This document shows positions 20,064 to 31,966 of a stretch of DNA of 64,000 bases, in pieces. Within the stretch, counting starts at the first letter, position 1, and each line of letters begins with the position of its first letter. Below the pieces are notes generated by a model that was given only the letters and a program-made list of their open reading frames with translations, had not been told where the DNA came from and did not search any database. The position numbers and the translations under genes are program-made. This DNA is from Candidatus Binatia bacterium. GTDB lineage: Bacteria > Desulfobacterota > Binatia > UBA9968 > JAJDTQ01. Location: contig OY762897.2 of the NCBI GenBank assembly GCA_963666515.2, positions 1,248,001-1,312,000 of the forward strand, written 5' to 3'.

Positions 20064-20259
20064 GAGCGGAACTGACAAAGCGTGAACGAAACCGGGAAGT
20101 TCGCCTTCTGTCAGGCGCAGCCCGTTTGTTTGACTTTCCGCCACGCCTCTGTTAGCTCGTAACCATCCTGGCAGCATGTGCTTGAATCCTCCTGCCATCG
20201 AAACCGACTCCCCTCAGGACAATGAAGATTGCGGCTTGGGCGCCCGTTTGGTGGTGCAT

Positions 20260-21513
20260 ATGAACCTGACGCGTATCAAGGGTTTCGCCGACGTCCTGCC
20301 CGGCGACGTGGAGACGTGGCAACGGATCGAAAGGGCGGCGGAACGGGTATTTGCGAGCTACAACTTCAAGGAGATTCGCATACCTGTGCTGGAGAAGTCG
20401 GAGCTGTTCTCGCGTTCCCTGGGCGAGTCCACCGACGTCATCGAGAAGGAGATGTACACGTTCGCCGACCGGGACTCCAAGGCGACGCTGTTGAGCCTCC
20501 GGCCCGAGGGCACCGCGGGGGTGGTGCGGGCGTACGGCGAAGGCAAGCTCCACCAAGTGGAGCCGGTGCGCAAGCTCTACTACCTGGGCCCTATGTTCCG
20601 CCGCGAGCGCCCCCAGAAGGGGCGGCTGCGGCAGTTCCACCAGATCGGCGCCGAGGTCTTCGGCCGGACCGATCCCTACATCGACGCCGAGTTGCTGTTG
20701 CTGCTGCGGGACCTGTGGGAGGAGCTGGGGGTGGCGGACACGATCCTGGAGGTGAACTCCATCGGTTGCGCCGATTGCCGCCCCGGCTACCGCGCGGCGC
20801 TGGTGGCGTTCCTGGAGGGGCGCCGGGCCGAGCTGTGCGCCGACTGCGACCGCCGGCTGGAGAACAATCCGCTGCGGGTGCTGGACTGCAAGCGCCCGTC
20901 CTGCGGCGGAATCGTGGGCGCGGCGCCGTCGATCCTCTCCCACCTGTGTGATAACTGCCGGAGCCACTTCGACACGGTGCTGGAGCTGCTCCAGGATTTC
21001 CGGCCCGAGCCGGTGGTGAACCCGCGCCTGGTGCGCGGCCTGGACTACTACTGCCGGACCACGTTCGAGTGGAAGGCCGGCGCGGGCCTGGGGAGCCAGA
21101 ACACGGTGGCCGCGGGCGGCCGCTACGACGGGCTGGTGCAGTCCCTGGGGGGGCCGCCGGTGGCGGGCGTGGGGTTCGCCCTGGGGGTGGAGCGCCTGGC
21201 GCTGCTCCTGTCGGAAGGGGACGCGGACGAAAGCGGCGCGCCGCTGCTCTATCTCGCCTGGATGGGTGACGAGGCGCAACGCTGGACGTTCGACTTGGCC
21301 CACCGGCTGCGCCGGCGCGGCCGGCGGGTGGAGTTGGAAGGAGAGGCCCGGAGCCTCAAGAGCCAGATGCGGCGCGCCGACAAGCAGGGGGCGAGCGTGG
21401 TGCTCATCGTCGGCCCCGACGAGATGGCCAAGGGCTTGGCGCTGGTGCGCCACATGGCGACCAAGGAACAGGCCGAGGTGGATTTCGCGGACGTCGAGGA
21501 AAGTCTCGGGTGA
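20260..21513 (+). CDS. hisS: histidine--tRNA ligase
   Basis: [54 protein letters not shown]. Confidence 0.97.
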   Translation: MNLTRIKGFADVLPGDVETWQRIERAAERVFASYNFKEIRIPVLEKSELFSRSLGESTDVIEKEMYTFADRDSKATLLSLRPEGTAGVVRAYGEGKLHQVEPVRKLYYLGPMFRRERPQKGRLRQFHQIGAEVFGRTDPYIDAELLLLLRDLWEELGVADTILEVNSIGCADCRPGYRAALVAFLEGRRAELCADCDRRLENNPLRVLDCKRPSCGGIVGAAPSILSHLCDNCRSHFDTVLELLQDFRPEPVVNPRLVRGLDYYCRTTFEWKAGAGLGSQNTVAAGGRYDGLVQSLGGPPVAGVGFALGVERLALLLSEGDADESGAPLLYLAWMGDEAQRWTFDLAHRLRRRGRRVELEGEARSLKSQMRRADKQGASVVLIVGPDEMAKGLALVRHMATKEQAEVDFADVEESLG

Positions 21514-21538
21514 ACAGGTGAGCCCTTCGGGGGAACAC

Positions 21539-23335
21539 GTGAACAAGCGGAATGTGGATCTGATGGGCGACTGGCAGCGGAGCTGCCGCTGCGGCGAGCC
21601 GGGCGAGGGCGACGTGGGCCGGGCGTTGACCCTGATGGGCTGGACCCAGTCCGTGCGGGACCACGGCGGCCTCCTCTTCATCGACCTCCGGGACCGTTCC
21701 GGCGTGGTCCAGGTGGTGCTGAACCCCGAGGTGACGCCCGAGTCCCACGACAAGGCCAAGCGGGTGCGTTCCGAGGACGTGCTGGCGGTACGCGGGACCC
21801 TGGTGCACCGTTCCGAGGAGACCGTGAACCCGAACCTCGCCACCGGCGCGGTGGAGCTGATGGCGCAGGAACTGCGCGTGCTGAACCCGTCGCGGGTGCC
21901 GCCGTTCCAGGTGGACGACGACGTCGAGCCCACCGAGACCAGTCGTTTCCGCTACCGCTACCTGGACCTGCGTCGGCCGCGCAGCCTGCGCCCGCTGGAG
22001 ATCCGCCACCGCATGCTGTCCGCGGTCCGCGACCACCTGAACGGCCTGTCGTTCATGGAGGTGGAGACCCCGGTGCTTACCAAGAGCACGCCGGAAGGCG
22101 CGCGCGACTACCTGGTGCCGAGCCGCATTCACCCGGGCAAGTTCTACGCGCTGCCGCAGTCGCCCCAGCTCTTCAAGCAGATCCTCATGGTGGGCGGGGT
22201 GGACCGCTACTTCCAGATCGTGCGCTGCTTCCGCGACGAGGACCTGCGCATGGACCGGCAGCCCGAGTTCACCCAGCTCGACATCGAGATGTCCTTCGTG
22301 CAGCCCGAGGACGTCTTCGCCATGGTCGAGGGCATGATGGCGCGGGTGTTCCGGGAGGTCCGTGGGATCGAGCTGGAGACGCCGTTTCGCCGCCTGAGTT
22401 GGGAGGAGGCCATGGGTCGGTACGGCACCGACAAGCCCGACCTCCGCTTCGGCCTGGAACTGGTGGAGCTGTCGGACACGTTCCGCGAATCCAAGGTGGC
22501 CATCTTCACGCGCGCGCTGGCCTCCGGCGGCATCGTCAAGGGCCTGCGGGCGCCCGGCGCCGGCAACCTCTCGCGCAAGGAGCTGGACGACCTCACCGAG
22601 CTGGTGGGCCGTTACGGCGCCAAGGGGCTCGCCTGGATCAAGGTCACCGGCAGCGAGTGGCAGTCGCCGCTCACCAAGTTCCTGAGCGAGGCCGAGAAGG
22701 ACGCGCTCCGCAACCTCACGGGCGTGCAGCCCGGCGACGTGATCTTCATGCTCGCCGACGACTTCGACATCGTCAACGAGGGCCTCGCCAACCTGCGGCT
22801 GGAGATGGGCCGGCGGCTCGGGCTTGTGCAGGAGGGCGTCCAGGCGTTCGCGTGGGTCCTCGACTTCCCGCTTGTGGAGTGGAAGAAAGCCGAAAGCCGC
22901 TACACCGCGGTACACCACCCGTTCACCGCCCCGCGGGAACAGGACCTGCCGCTACTGGAATCCGACCCCGCCCGGGTGAAATCCCGCGCCTACGACCTGG
23001 TGCTCAACGGCATGGAGCTGGGCGGCGGCAGCATCCGGATCCACTCCCCAGAGTTGCAGCGGCGGGTGCTGGCGCTGCTCGACGTGAACCCCGACACAGT
23101 GGAGGAGCAGTTCGGCTTCCTCCTGGAAGCGCTGGACCTCGGCGCCCCGCCCCACGGCGGCATCGCCTTCGGCGTCGACCGCCTGGCCATGCTCCTGAGC
23201 GATTCCCCCGCCATCCGCGACGTCATCGCCTTCCCCAAGAGCCAGCGCGCCGTGTGCATGCTGACGGAGGCGCCCACCGGGGTGGACGCGCGCCAGCTTT
23301 TGGAGCTGCAGATCAGGACGTTGGCCGGGGAGTGA
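21539..23335 (+). CDS. aspS: aspartate--tRNA ligase (exact start uncertain)
   Basis: [73 protein letters not shown]. Confidence 0.97.
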   Translation: MNKRNVDLMGDWQRSCRCGEPGEGDVGRALTLMGWTQSVRDHGGLLFIDLRDRSGVVQVVLNPEVTPESHDKAKRVRSEDVLAVRGTLVHRSEETVNPNLATGAVELMAQELRVLNPSRVPPFQVDDDVEPTETSRFRYRYLDLRRPRSLRPLEIRHRMLSAVRDHLNGLSFMEVETPVLTKSTPEGARDYLVPSRIHPGKFYALPQSPQLFKQILMVGGVDRYFQIVRCFRDEDLRMDRQPEFTQLDIEMSFVQPEDVFAMVEGMMARVFREVRGIELETPFRRLSWEEAMGRYGTDKPDLRFGLELVELSDTFRESKVAIFTRALASGGIVKGLRAPGAGNLSRKELDDLTELVGRYGAKGLAWIKVTGSEWQSPLTKFLSEAEKDALRNLTGVQPGDVIFMLADDFDIVNEGLANLRLEMGRRLGLVQEGVQAFAWVLDFPLVEWKKAESRYTAVHHPFTAPREQDLPLLESDPARVKSRAYDLVLNGMELGGGSIRIHSPELQRRVLALLDVNPDTVEEQFGFLLEALDLGAPPHGGIAFGVDRLAMLLSDSPAIRDVIAFPKSQRAVCMLTEAPTGVDARQLLELQIRTLAGE

Positions 23336-23478
23336 GCACGCCTACGAAGCAACAGGGACGAAACGGAGGGTAACGTCAGGCTGGGCGAACTATATCAAGC
23401 CCGAAAAGGGCACCCGACATCCGTAATTTCGACTGTCAATACGGAGATGTCAAGATCAGGCCCAGGTGATATGCGCTT

Positions 23479-24012
23479 CTATCGATTCGTCCCGTACCGC
23501 GCCAGTTCGGTCAGATAGGTCAGCGTCGTGAGGTCGGGCATGCGGTCCATGTAGACGTGGCCGCGCAGGTGGTCCACCTCGTGCTGGATGACACGCGCGT
23601 GGAAACCTTCGGCAACGAAGTCCAACGAGTTGCCGTCCCGGTCCAGCGCGGTGACCCGCAGCCGCTTGTAGCGGGGCACCAGGCCGCGGATGTCGGGGAT
23701 GCTCAGACACCCCTCCCAGTCGTCTTCGGTTTCGTCGCCCAGCGGCGCGATATCGGGATTGATGAGGACGGAAAGGGGCACGGCGTCCTTGCCGGGGTAG
23801 CGGGCGTTTTCGGCTACCTCCAGCACCGCCACCTGCATGGATTCGTGGACCTGCACCGCGGCCAAGCCGACTCCTTGATACTCGCGCATGGTGACCACCA
23901 TGTCGTCGATGAAGCGCTGGAAATCCGGCTGCCTTACGGCTTCGGCAGGAACTTGGCGGGCAGGCGTGCGCAGCACGGGATTGCCCAGGCGGGCGACCTT
24001 GAGAATGGCCAT
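23479..24012 (-). CDS. def: peptide deformylase
   Basis: GVGLAA.QV, EGCLS, QHEVDHL.G motifs. Confidence 0.95.
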   Translation of the reverse strand: MAILKVARLGNPVLRTPARQVPAEAVRQPDFQRFIDDMVVTMREYQGVGLAAVQVHESMQVAVLEVAENARYPGKDAVPLSVLINPDIAPLGDETEDDWEGCLSIPDIRGLVPRYKRLRVTALDRDGNSLDFVAEGFHARVIQHEVDHLRGHVYMDRMPDLTTLTYLTELARYGTNR

Positions 24013-24128
24013 CCGGCCTTGGTAGCACGGCGGTTTCAGGGCCTTCAAGCCGCCTTCCTGTCCGGTCCGAAGCCTTGCTGAATGTTGAAGTCAAGAGCCC
24101 TGGATCCGGTGGCGGACAGGGTCGGTGT

Positions 24129-24158
24129 TTGACAACATGGACGTTTTAGGTCTACGTT
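24129..24158 (+). promoter_or_regulatory. putative suf promoter overlapped by a Rrf2/IscR-like palindromic operator
   Basis: TTGACA (24129-34), 18 nt, TACGTT; imperfect palindrome ACATGGAC-N7-GTCTACGT (24135-24157). Confidence 0.5.
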
Positions 24159-24293
24159 TGACACACGACGTTTGCGCACGGAAGATCTCTCGGGAGTTCT
24201 GATCCATAGCTTCGAACCAGTTTCGTCAGGGGATCCGGCATGCAAGAAACCGCTGTGAATTCCGTCAGAACCACGGCCGACCGAAGCTCGCTG

Positions 24294-24728
24294 ATGAACA
24301 TCGGCAGGAAGGTCGACTATGCCGTGCGCGCGCTTTCGTATCTGGCCGCCCAGCCGCACCTCTGGGTGGTGGGCAGCAAGGAGATCGCGGCGCGGCAGGA
24401 CATTCCGACACACTACATGTCGAAGATCATGAAGGATCTCGCCGCGGCTGGGCTGGTTCAGTCTCATGTGGGCCGGAAGGGCGGCTTCAGCCTGGCGCGG
24501 CCGGCGGAGTCCATCAGCGTCAAGGAAGTCTACGAAGCCGTGGAGAAGCCGTTGAGCCTGATGGAGTGCCTGGATAATCACTGCTGCCCCTACGATTCCG
24601 TGTGCACGCAGATTTCCGTGTGGGAGCGGGCGCAGATGCTATTGGTGGAATACCTGGCGGGGGTCTCCATCGGGAGCCTCGCCGACCGCGAAGGCCTCAA
24701 GGGCCGCTTGAACGGGCTGCACAGTTGA
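24294..24728 (+). CDS. Rrf2 family transcriptional regulator (IscR/SufR-like)
   Basis: DYAVRAL, GLV.S..GRKGGF.LARP...IS; Cys cluster ECLDNHCCPYDSVC. Confidence 0.9.
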   Translation: MNIGRKVDYAVRALSYLAAQPHLWVVGSKEIAARQDIPTHYMSKIMKDLAAAGLVQSHVGRKGGFSLARPAESISVKEVYEAVEKPLSLMECLDNHCCPYDSVCTQISVWERAQMLLVEYLAGVSIGSLADREGLKGRLNGLHS

Positions 24729-24773
24729 ATTTTTTAAGCTGAAGGCGGACCCTTCCGGTCCATCTTCGGACGG

Positions 24774-26240
<1,467 letters not shown>

Positions 26241-26274
26241 GAGCGTGTCCGGGCAGTCGAATGCAGTGAGGGCA

Positions 26275-26294
26275 GGGCGACCGGCCGGTCGCCC
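26275..26294. repeat. perfect 20-bp palindrome, GTAG-type REP-like (family C)
   Basis: GGGCGACCGGCCGGTCGCCC between sufB and sufC; possible degenerate copy at 11237-11260. Confidence 0.6.
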
Positions 26295-26308
26295 ACCAGG
26301 TGAAAAGA

Positions 26309-27073
26309 ATGCTTGAAGTTCGCAATTTGCATGCGCGCGTGGAGGGGAAAGAAATCCTTCGCGGCATCGACCTGACGGTGAAGGCGGGAGAGGTCCACGC
26401 CATCATGGGTCCCAACGGCTCGGGCAAGAGCACCCTGGCGCAGGTGCTGGCCGGGCGCGATACCTATGAGGTCACCGCCGGCGAGGTCCGGTACAAGGGT
26501 GAGGACCTGCTCGGCATGGCGCCGGAGCTGCGGGCGGTCGAGGGGATATTCCTGGGCTTCCAGTACCCGGTGGAGATCCCGGGGCTGAACAGCCTCTACT
26601 TCCTGCGCGCGGCGGTCAACGCGGCCCGCGCCCACCGCGGCGAGGACGAGCTGGACGCGGTGGACTTCATGGCCCTGGCCAAGGAGAAGATGAAGGCCGT
26701 GGAGATGGGCGAGGACCTGTTGCGGCGGCCGGTCAACGCGGGGTTCTCCGGCGGCGAGAAGAAGCGCGCCGAGATCTTCCAGATGACCGTGCTGGAGCCC
26801 ACCCTGGCGATCCTGGACGAGACCGATTCCGGCCTGGACATCGACGCCTTGAAGGTCGTGTCCCACGGCATCAACCTGTTCCGCGGCCCCGAGCGCGCCA
26901 TCGTCCTGGTGACCCACTACCAGCGGCTGCTCAACTACGTGGTGCCCGACGTGGTCCACGTCATCCACAACGGGCGGCTGGTGAAGTCCGGCGGCAAGGA
27001 GCTGGCCCGGGAGCTGGAGGACACCGGCTATTCTTGGGTGGAGGACGCGGCGGGCCGGGGGACCGGGGTATGA
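26309..27073 (+). CDS. sufC: Fe-S cluster assembly ATPase SufC
   Basis: GPNGSGKST, FQYPVEIPG, GFSGGEKKR, LDETDSGLDIDAL, THYQRLL. Confidence 0.97.
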   Translation: MLEVRNLHARVEGKEILRGIDLTVKAGEVHAIMGPNGSGKSTLAQVLAGRDTYEVTAGEVRYKGEDLLGMAPELRAVEGIFLGFQYPVEIPGLNSLYFLRAAVNAARAHRGEDELDAVDFMALAKEKMKAVEMGEDLLRRPVNAGFSGGEKKRAEIFQMTVLEPTLAILDETDSGLDIDALKVVSHGINLFRGPERAIVLVTHYQRLLNYVVPDVVHVIHNGRLVKSGGKELARELEDTGYSWVEDAAGRGTGV

Positions 27074-28377
27074 CGGAGACCGCGGGAGAGCAGCAGGGAT
27101 ACCTCGAGGATTTCGAGAAACTCGCGGCGCGGGCCTCGCGCAACGGCGGCGCCTGGGTCGGCGACCTGCGCCGCCGGGCCATGGACCGCTTCCGCTCCCT
27201 GGGGTTTCCGACGACCCGCGCCGAGGAGTGGAAGTACACGAGCCTGGAGGCGCTGCGAAGGGCGTGTCTGCGTACCGCTGACGCGACGGTGTCGAGCGCG
27301 GCACTGGGGCGCGACCCGTTCGATTCCGGCGGGTGGAAGCGCTACGAGTTGACGTTCCCTTGGACCGGCGAAGGCGCTGGCGAGGGACGCGACGAGGACA
27401 TCTTCGTCGGCCGTCTGGCCGACGCCGTGGAGCAGCGGCTCCCGTGGGTGGAAGCGCATCTTGGACGCCACGCCGACTATGACGGGCACGCGCTCCGGGC
27501 GCTCAACACCGCGTTCCTGGAAGACGGCGGCGCGGTCCGGCTGGGCTCCGGGCGGACTCTCGACCGGCCCGTCCGCCTGGTCTTTCTCGCCGGCCCAGGG
27601 CAGCCCTCCAACCGCATCGTGCACCCGCGCGCGCTGGTGGTGGTGGGCGCGGGCAGCCGGTTGACGCTGGTGGAGGCCTACGCCGGTTCCGGCGACGCAG
27701 TCTACTGCACCAACGCCGTCACCGAGATCGTGCTGGAGGACGACGCCGAGTTGGACCATTACCGGTTGGTGCGCGAGGGCGCAGGCGCATTCCATCTGGG
27801 GACTGTCCAGGTGCATCAGGCGCGCAACAGCCGCTACCGGTCGCTTTCCGTCACGTCAGGCGGGAGCATGACCCGGGTGGAGATCAACGCCCTGCTCGAC
27901 GGCGAGGGGGCCGACTGCCTGCTCCGGGGCCTCTACGTCGCCGGCGGCGCGCAGCACGTGGACAACCGCACCGCCATCGAGCACGCCAAGCCCCACGGCA
28001 CCAGCCGCGAACTGTACAAGGGGGTGCTGAGCGGACGGTCGCGGGCGGTGTTCAACGGCAAGATCGTCGTGCGCAAGGAAGCGCAGAAGACCGACGCGCA
28101 ACAGTCCAACAAGAACCTGATGCTCTCCCGCGACGCGGAGATCGACAGCAAGCCGCAGTTGGAGATCCTGGCCGACGACGTCCGCTGCTCCCACGGCACC
28201 ACCATCGGCCAACTGGAAGAGGACGAGCTTTTCTACCTGCGGTCGCGGGGACTGAACGAAGGGCTGGCCAGGGAATTGCTGGTCCACGGTTTCGCCGGCG
28301 AAATCCTCGACGGAATCGCCATCGAGCCGTTGCGCGACCGTGTCGAGAACGGAGTACTCTCCGAGCTGGGGGCGTGA
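27070..28377 (+). CDS. sufD: Fe-S cluster assembly protein SufD
   Basis: GFPT.R.EEWKYT, FNGKI.V...AQKTDA.Q, KPQLEI.ADDV.CSHG, FYLRSRG. Confidence 0.95.
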   Translation: MTETAGEQQGYLEDFEKLAARASRNGGAWVGDLRRRAMDRFRSLGFPTTRAEEWKYTSLEALRRACLRTADATVSSAALGRDPFDSGGWKRYELTFPWTGEGAGEGRDEDIFVGRLADAVEQRLPWVEAHLGRHADYDGHALRALNTAFLEDGGAVRLGSGRTLDRPVRLVFLAGPGQPSNRIVHPRALVVVGAGSRLTLVEAYAGSGDAVYCTNAVTEIVLEDDAELDHYRLVREGAGAFHLGTVQVHQARNSRYRSLSVTSGGSMTRVEINALLDGEGADCLLRGLYVAGGAQHVDNRTAIEHAKPHGTSRELYKGVLSGRSRAVFNGKIVVRKEAQKTDAQQSNKNLMLSRDAEIDSKPQLEILADDVRCSHGTTIGQLEEDELFYLRSRGLNEGLARELLVHGFAGEILDGIAIEPLRDRVENGVLSELGA

Positions 28378-29651
28378 CACGCATGGCACGGGTGAAGACG
28401 GCAGAGTGGAACAAGGCCGAAGGCAACGGCTTCGACGTGGCGCGGGTGCGCGAGAATTTCCCGATCCTCGGCGAGACCGTCCACGGCAAGCCCCTGGTCT
28501 ACCTGGACAACGCCGCCACCGCGCAGAAGCCGAGGGCGGTGATCGAGCGCGTCGCGCGCTACTACGAGACCGAGAACTCCAACATCCACCGCGGCGTGCA
28601 CCGGCTGAGCGAGCAGGCCACCCGCGCCTACGAGGACGCCCGCGCCGCGGTGCGGCGTTTCCTCAACGCCGCCCACGACCGGGAGATCGTGTTCGTGCGG
28701 GGCGCCACCGAGGCCATCAACCTCGTCGCCCGGTGCTACGGCGGCGCCAACCTGGAGGCCGGGGACGAGGTGGTGATCTCCGCCATGGAGCACCATTCCA
28801 ACATCGTGCCGTGGCAGCTCATCTGCCAGGAGAAGGGCGCGGTGCTCCGGGTCATTCCGGTGGACGACCGCGGCGACGTGGTCATGGAAGACTACCACCG
28901 CCTGCTGGGGCCGCGCACCCGCATCGTGGCGTTGCCGCACGTCTCCAACGCGCTGGGCACGGTGAACCCCGTCAAGGAGATGATCGCCGACGCCCACCGG
29001 GCCGGCGTTCCGGTGCTCATCGACGGCGCCCAGGGCGCCCCCCACGCAGGGGTGGACGTGCAGGACCTCGACTGCGACTTCTACGCCTTCTCCAGCCACA
29101 AGCTCTACGGCCCCACCGGCGTCGGCGTGCTTTACGGCAAGGCCGGCCTGCTGGAGGCCATGCCGCCCTACCAGGGCGGCGGCGACATGATCCTCACGGT
29201 GAGCTTCGAGGCCACCGAGTACAACGCACTGCCCTACAAGTTCGAGGCCGGCACTCCCAACATCGCCGGGGTCATCGGCCTGGGCGCGGCCGTCGAGTAC
29301 CTCGCCGGCCTCGGCATCGAGGCGGTGGCGGCGCACGAGGACCGGGTGCTGGCGTATGCGGTGGAGCGGCTCACGTCCATGCCCGGCCTGCGGCTCATCG
29401 GCACGCCCGAACGGCGGGCGTCGCTGGTATCGTTCGTTTTCGGCGACGTGCACGCCCACGACATCGGCACCATCCTGGACCAGGACGGCATCGCCGTGCG
29501 CACCGGACACCATTGCGCCATGCCGGTGATGGACCGCTTCTGCGTGCCCGCCACCGTGCGCGCGTCGTTCGCGTGCTACAACACCGAGGCCGAGGTGGAC
29601 GCGCTGGCGGAGGGGCTCGACAAGGTAAGGAGGCTGTTCGACGGTGTCTGA
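28374..29651 (+). CDS. sufS: cysteine desulfurase SufS
   Basis: YLDNAATAQKP, NIHRGVH, MEHHSNIVPW, SSHKLYGPTG, RTGHHCA. Confidence 0.96.
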   Translation: MTRMARVKTAEWNKAEGNGFDVARVRENFPILGETVHGKPLVYLDNAATAQKPRAVIERVARYYETENSNIHRGVHRLSEQATRAYEDARAAVRRFLNAAHDREIVFVRGATEAINLVARCYGGANLEAGDEVVISAMEHHSNIVPWQLICQEKGAVLRVIPVDDRGDVVMEDYHRLLGPRTRIVALPHVSNALGTVNPVKEMIADAHRAGVPVLIDGAQGAPHAGVDVQDLDCDFYAFSSHKLYGPTGVGVLYGKAGLLEAMPPYQGGGDMILTVSFEATEYNALPYKFEAGTPNIAGVIGLGAAVEYLAGLGIEAVAAHEDRVLAYAVERLTSMPGLRLIGTPERRASLVSFVFGDVHAHDIGTILDQDGIAVRTGHHCAMPVMDRFCVPATVRASFACYNTEAEVDALAEGLDKVRRLFDGV

Positions 29652-30096
29652 TCTGAGGGACCTCTACCAGGAGCTGATTCTGGACCACAACCGCAGGCCG
29701 CGGAACTTCGGGCCGCTGGCGGAAGCCAACCGCAGCGCCCGCGGCGTCAACCCGCTGTGCGGCGACAAGGTCGCGGTCCACCTGCACGTGGAAGGCGACC
29801 GGGTGAAGAAGGTGAGCTTCGAGGGTACGGGTTGCGCCATTTCCATCGCCTCCGCCTCGGTCATGACCGAGAGCCTGAAGGAGCAGAGTTGCGACGCCGC
29901 CAGGGACCTGTTCGAGCGGTTCCACCGGATGGTGGCGGCCGATGACGGCCAGGGCGCCGACGGCGACGGCATGGGCAAGCTGGCGGCGTTCGCGGGCGTG
30001 CGCGACTATCCGGCGCGCGTGAAGTGCGCTACGCTGGCGTGGCACACGTTGCGCGCGGCCCTGGACGGCGAAGACAAGGCCGTCAGCACCGAGTAG
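29644..30096 (+). CDS. sufU: SUF system sulfur-transfer protein SufU
   Basis: LYQELILDH...PRN, NPLCGD, GCAIS.AS, RVKCATL.WH. Confidence 0.93.
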   Translation: MSDLRDLYQELILDHNRRPRNFGPLAEANRSARGVNPLCGDKVAVHLHVEGDRVKKVSFEGTGCAISIASASVMTESLKEQSCDAARDLFERFHRMVAADDGQGADGDGMGKLAAFAGVRDYPARVKCATLAWHTLRAALDGEDKAVSTE

Positions 30097-30124
30097 CGGG
30101 GCGAGACGGACCGGGAGACATTTC

Positions 30125-30448
30125 GTGGAAAGCGTTGCGGAGCAGAAGGACATCGAACGGCGCGCCATCGAGGCGATACAGACTTGCTATGACCCCGAGG
30201 TGCCGGTGAACATCCACGAAATGGGCCTGATCTACGGGGTGGAGGTGGACCCCCTGGGCCACGTGACCGTCACCATGACCCTCACCGCGCCCAACTGCCC
30301 GGCCGCCCAGTCGCTTCCCGCGGAGGTGGAGGAGAAGGTCCGGGCGGTGGAGGGCGTCAAGGACGTGCAGGTCGAGATCGTCTGGGAGCCGCCCTGGGAC
30401 CCCAGCCTCATGTCGGACGCGGCCAAGTTGCAGCTCGGTATGCTGTGA
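30125..30448 (+). CDS. SufT/DUF59 Fe-S assembly protein
   Basis: DPEVPVNI.EMGLIY, MTLTAPNCP.A, VWEPPW. Confidence 0.9.
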   Translation: MESVAEQKDIERRAIEAIQTCYDPEVPVNIHEMGLIYGVEVDPLGHVTVTMTLTAPNCPAAQSLPAEVEEKVRAVEGVKDVQVEIVWEPPWDPSLMSDAAKLQLGML

Positions 30449-30490
30449 GCCGTCCCAGGTTCGCCCCGTACGCACCGAAACCAAGACAGC

Positions 30491-31966
30491 ATGGACGAAG
30501 CCAACGAGCAGATGGCGGTGCGCCGCCGGAAGGTGGAGCAGCTCCAGGCACGGGGCCTCTCCGTCTATCCCAACGACTTCCGGCCCAGTCACGCGGCCGG
30601 GGCCGTGCGCGAGCGCCACGGCGACCTGGACCCGGAGGGACTCGATGCGTTGACCGAAGAGTTCACGCTGGCAGGCCGCATCCGCGCCCACCGGCCCCAC
30701 GGCAAGGCGGCGTTCTTCGAGTTGGAAGACGGCACCGGCAGGCTCCAGGTCTACGCGCGAAAGGACAGGTTGGGGGAAGATGCTTACGAAGGGGTCCGTT
30801 CCCTGGATGTCGGCGACATCGCCGGCGTACGCGGCCGCCTGTTCCGGACCCGCACCAACGAGCTTACCATCGAAGCCGCGGAGGTAAGGTTGCTGACCAA
30901 GTGCGTCCGGCCCCTGCCCGAGAAGTGGCACGGCCTGAAGGACGTGGAGACGCGCTACCGGCAGCGTTACGTGGACCTGATGGTCAACCCCGATGTGCGG
31001 GAGGTGTTCCGCAGCCGTTCGCGGATCATCGGGCTCGTGCGCGGCTTCCTGGAGCGGAAGGGGTTCCTGGAAGTCGAGACCCCGATGATGCAGCCCATGG
31101 CCGGCGGCGCCGCGGCCAAACCCTTCGTGACCCACCACAACGCCCTGGACCGGGACCTCTACCTGCGAGTGGCCCCGGAGCTGTTTCTCAAGCGGCTGCT
31201 GGTGGGGGGCTTCGACCGCGTGTTCGAGTTGAACCGCAACTTCCGCAACGAAGGTCTCTCCACCCGGCACAATCCCGAGTTCACCATGCTGGAGTTCTAT
31301 CAGGCCTACGCCGACTACGAGGACCTGATGGAGCTTACGGAAGAGCTGTTCGTGATGCTGGCCGGGGATATCCGCGGGAGCCTGCGCATCCCCTGCGGCG
31401 GCCGCGAGGTGAACCTGGAAAGGCCGTGGCAGCGGCTTTCCGTGGCCGCAGGCGTCGCCGAGTACGGCGGCGTGGAGGAATCGGCGCTGGACACGCTCGA
31501 TGGCGTGCGCGCGGTCGCGGACAGGCACGGGCTCAAGCTCGACCCCGGACTCGGCCGCGGCAAGCTGCTGGTGGAGGTGTTCGAGCACTTGGTGGAGCCG
31601 CACCTGGTCCAGCCCACGTTCGTGGTGGGCTATCCCCTGGAGGTCTCTCCGCTGGCGCGGCGCAACGACAAGGTGCCGAGCCTGGTGGACCGTTTCGAGC
31701 TTTTCGTCGGCGGCAGGGAGCTGGCCAACGCCTTCTCCGAGCTGAATGATCCCGATGACCAGCGGCGGCGCTTCGAGGAACAGGCCGCGGCCCGGCGCGC
31801 CGGCGACGACACCGCCTGCGAGGTGGACGAGGACTACGTCCGCGCGCTGGAGTACGCCATGCCTCCGGCCGCGGGCGAAGGCATCGGCATCGACCGGCTG
31901 GTGATGCTGCTGACCGATTCGCCCTCGATCCGGGACGTGATCCTGTTCCCGCTCCTGCGCACGTGA
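30491..31966 (+). CDS. lysS: lysine--tRNA ligase (class II)
   Basis: LPEKWHGL.D.ETRYRQRY.DL, GGAAAKPF.THHN, FRNEG.S.RHNPEF, GIGIDRLVML. Confidence 0.97.
   Translation: MDEANEQMAVRRRKVEQLQARGLSVYPNDFRPSHAAGAVRERHGDLDPEGLDALTEEFTLAGRIRAHRPHGKAAFFELEDGTGRLQVYARKDRLGEDAYEGVRSLDVGDIAGVRGRLFRTRTNELTIEAAEVRLLTKCVRPLPEKWHGLKDVETRYRQRYVDLMVNPDVREVFRSRSRIIGLVRGFLERKGFLEVETPMMQPMAGGAAAKPFVTHHNALDRDLYLRVAPELFLKRLLVGGFDRVFELNRNFRNEGLSTRHNPEFTMLEFYQAYADYEDLMELTEELFVMLAGDIRGSLRIPCGGREVNLERPWQRLSVAAGVAEYGGVEESALDTLDGVRAVADRHGLKLDPGLGRGKLLVEVFEHLVEPHLVQPTFVVGYPLEVSPLARRNDKVPSLVDRFELFVGGRELANAFSELNDPDDQRRRFEEQAAARRAGDDTACEVDEDYVRALEYAMPPAAGEGIGIDRLVMLLTDSPSIRDVILFPLLRT

Noticed and set aside
20094-20103. GGGAAGTTCG resembling the IS1634 TIR downstream of the RES toxin
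   Set aside because: Only the inner ~10 bp match, with no terminal TAA/TAG; expected by chance
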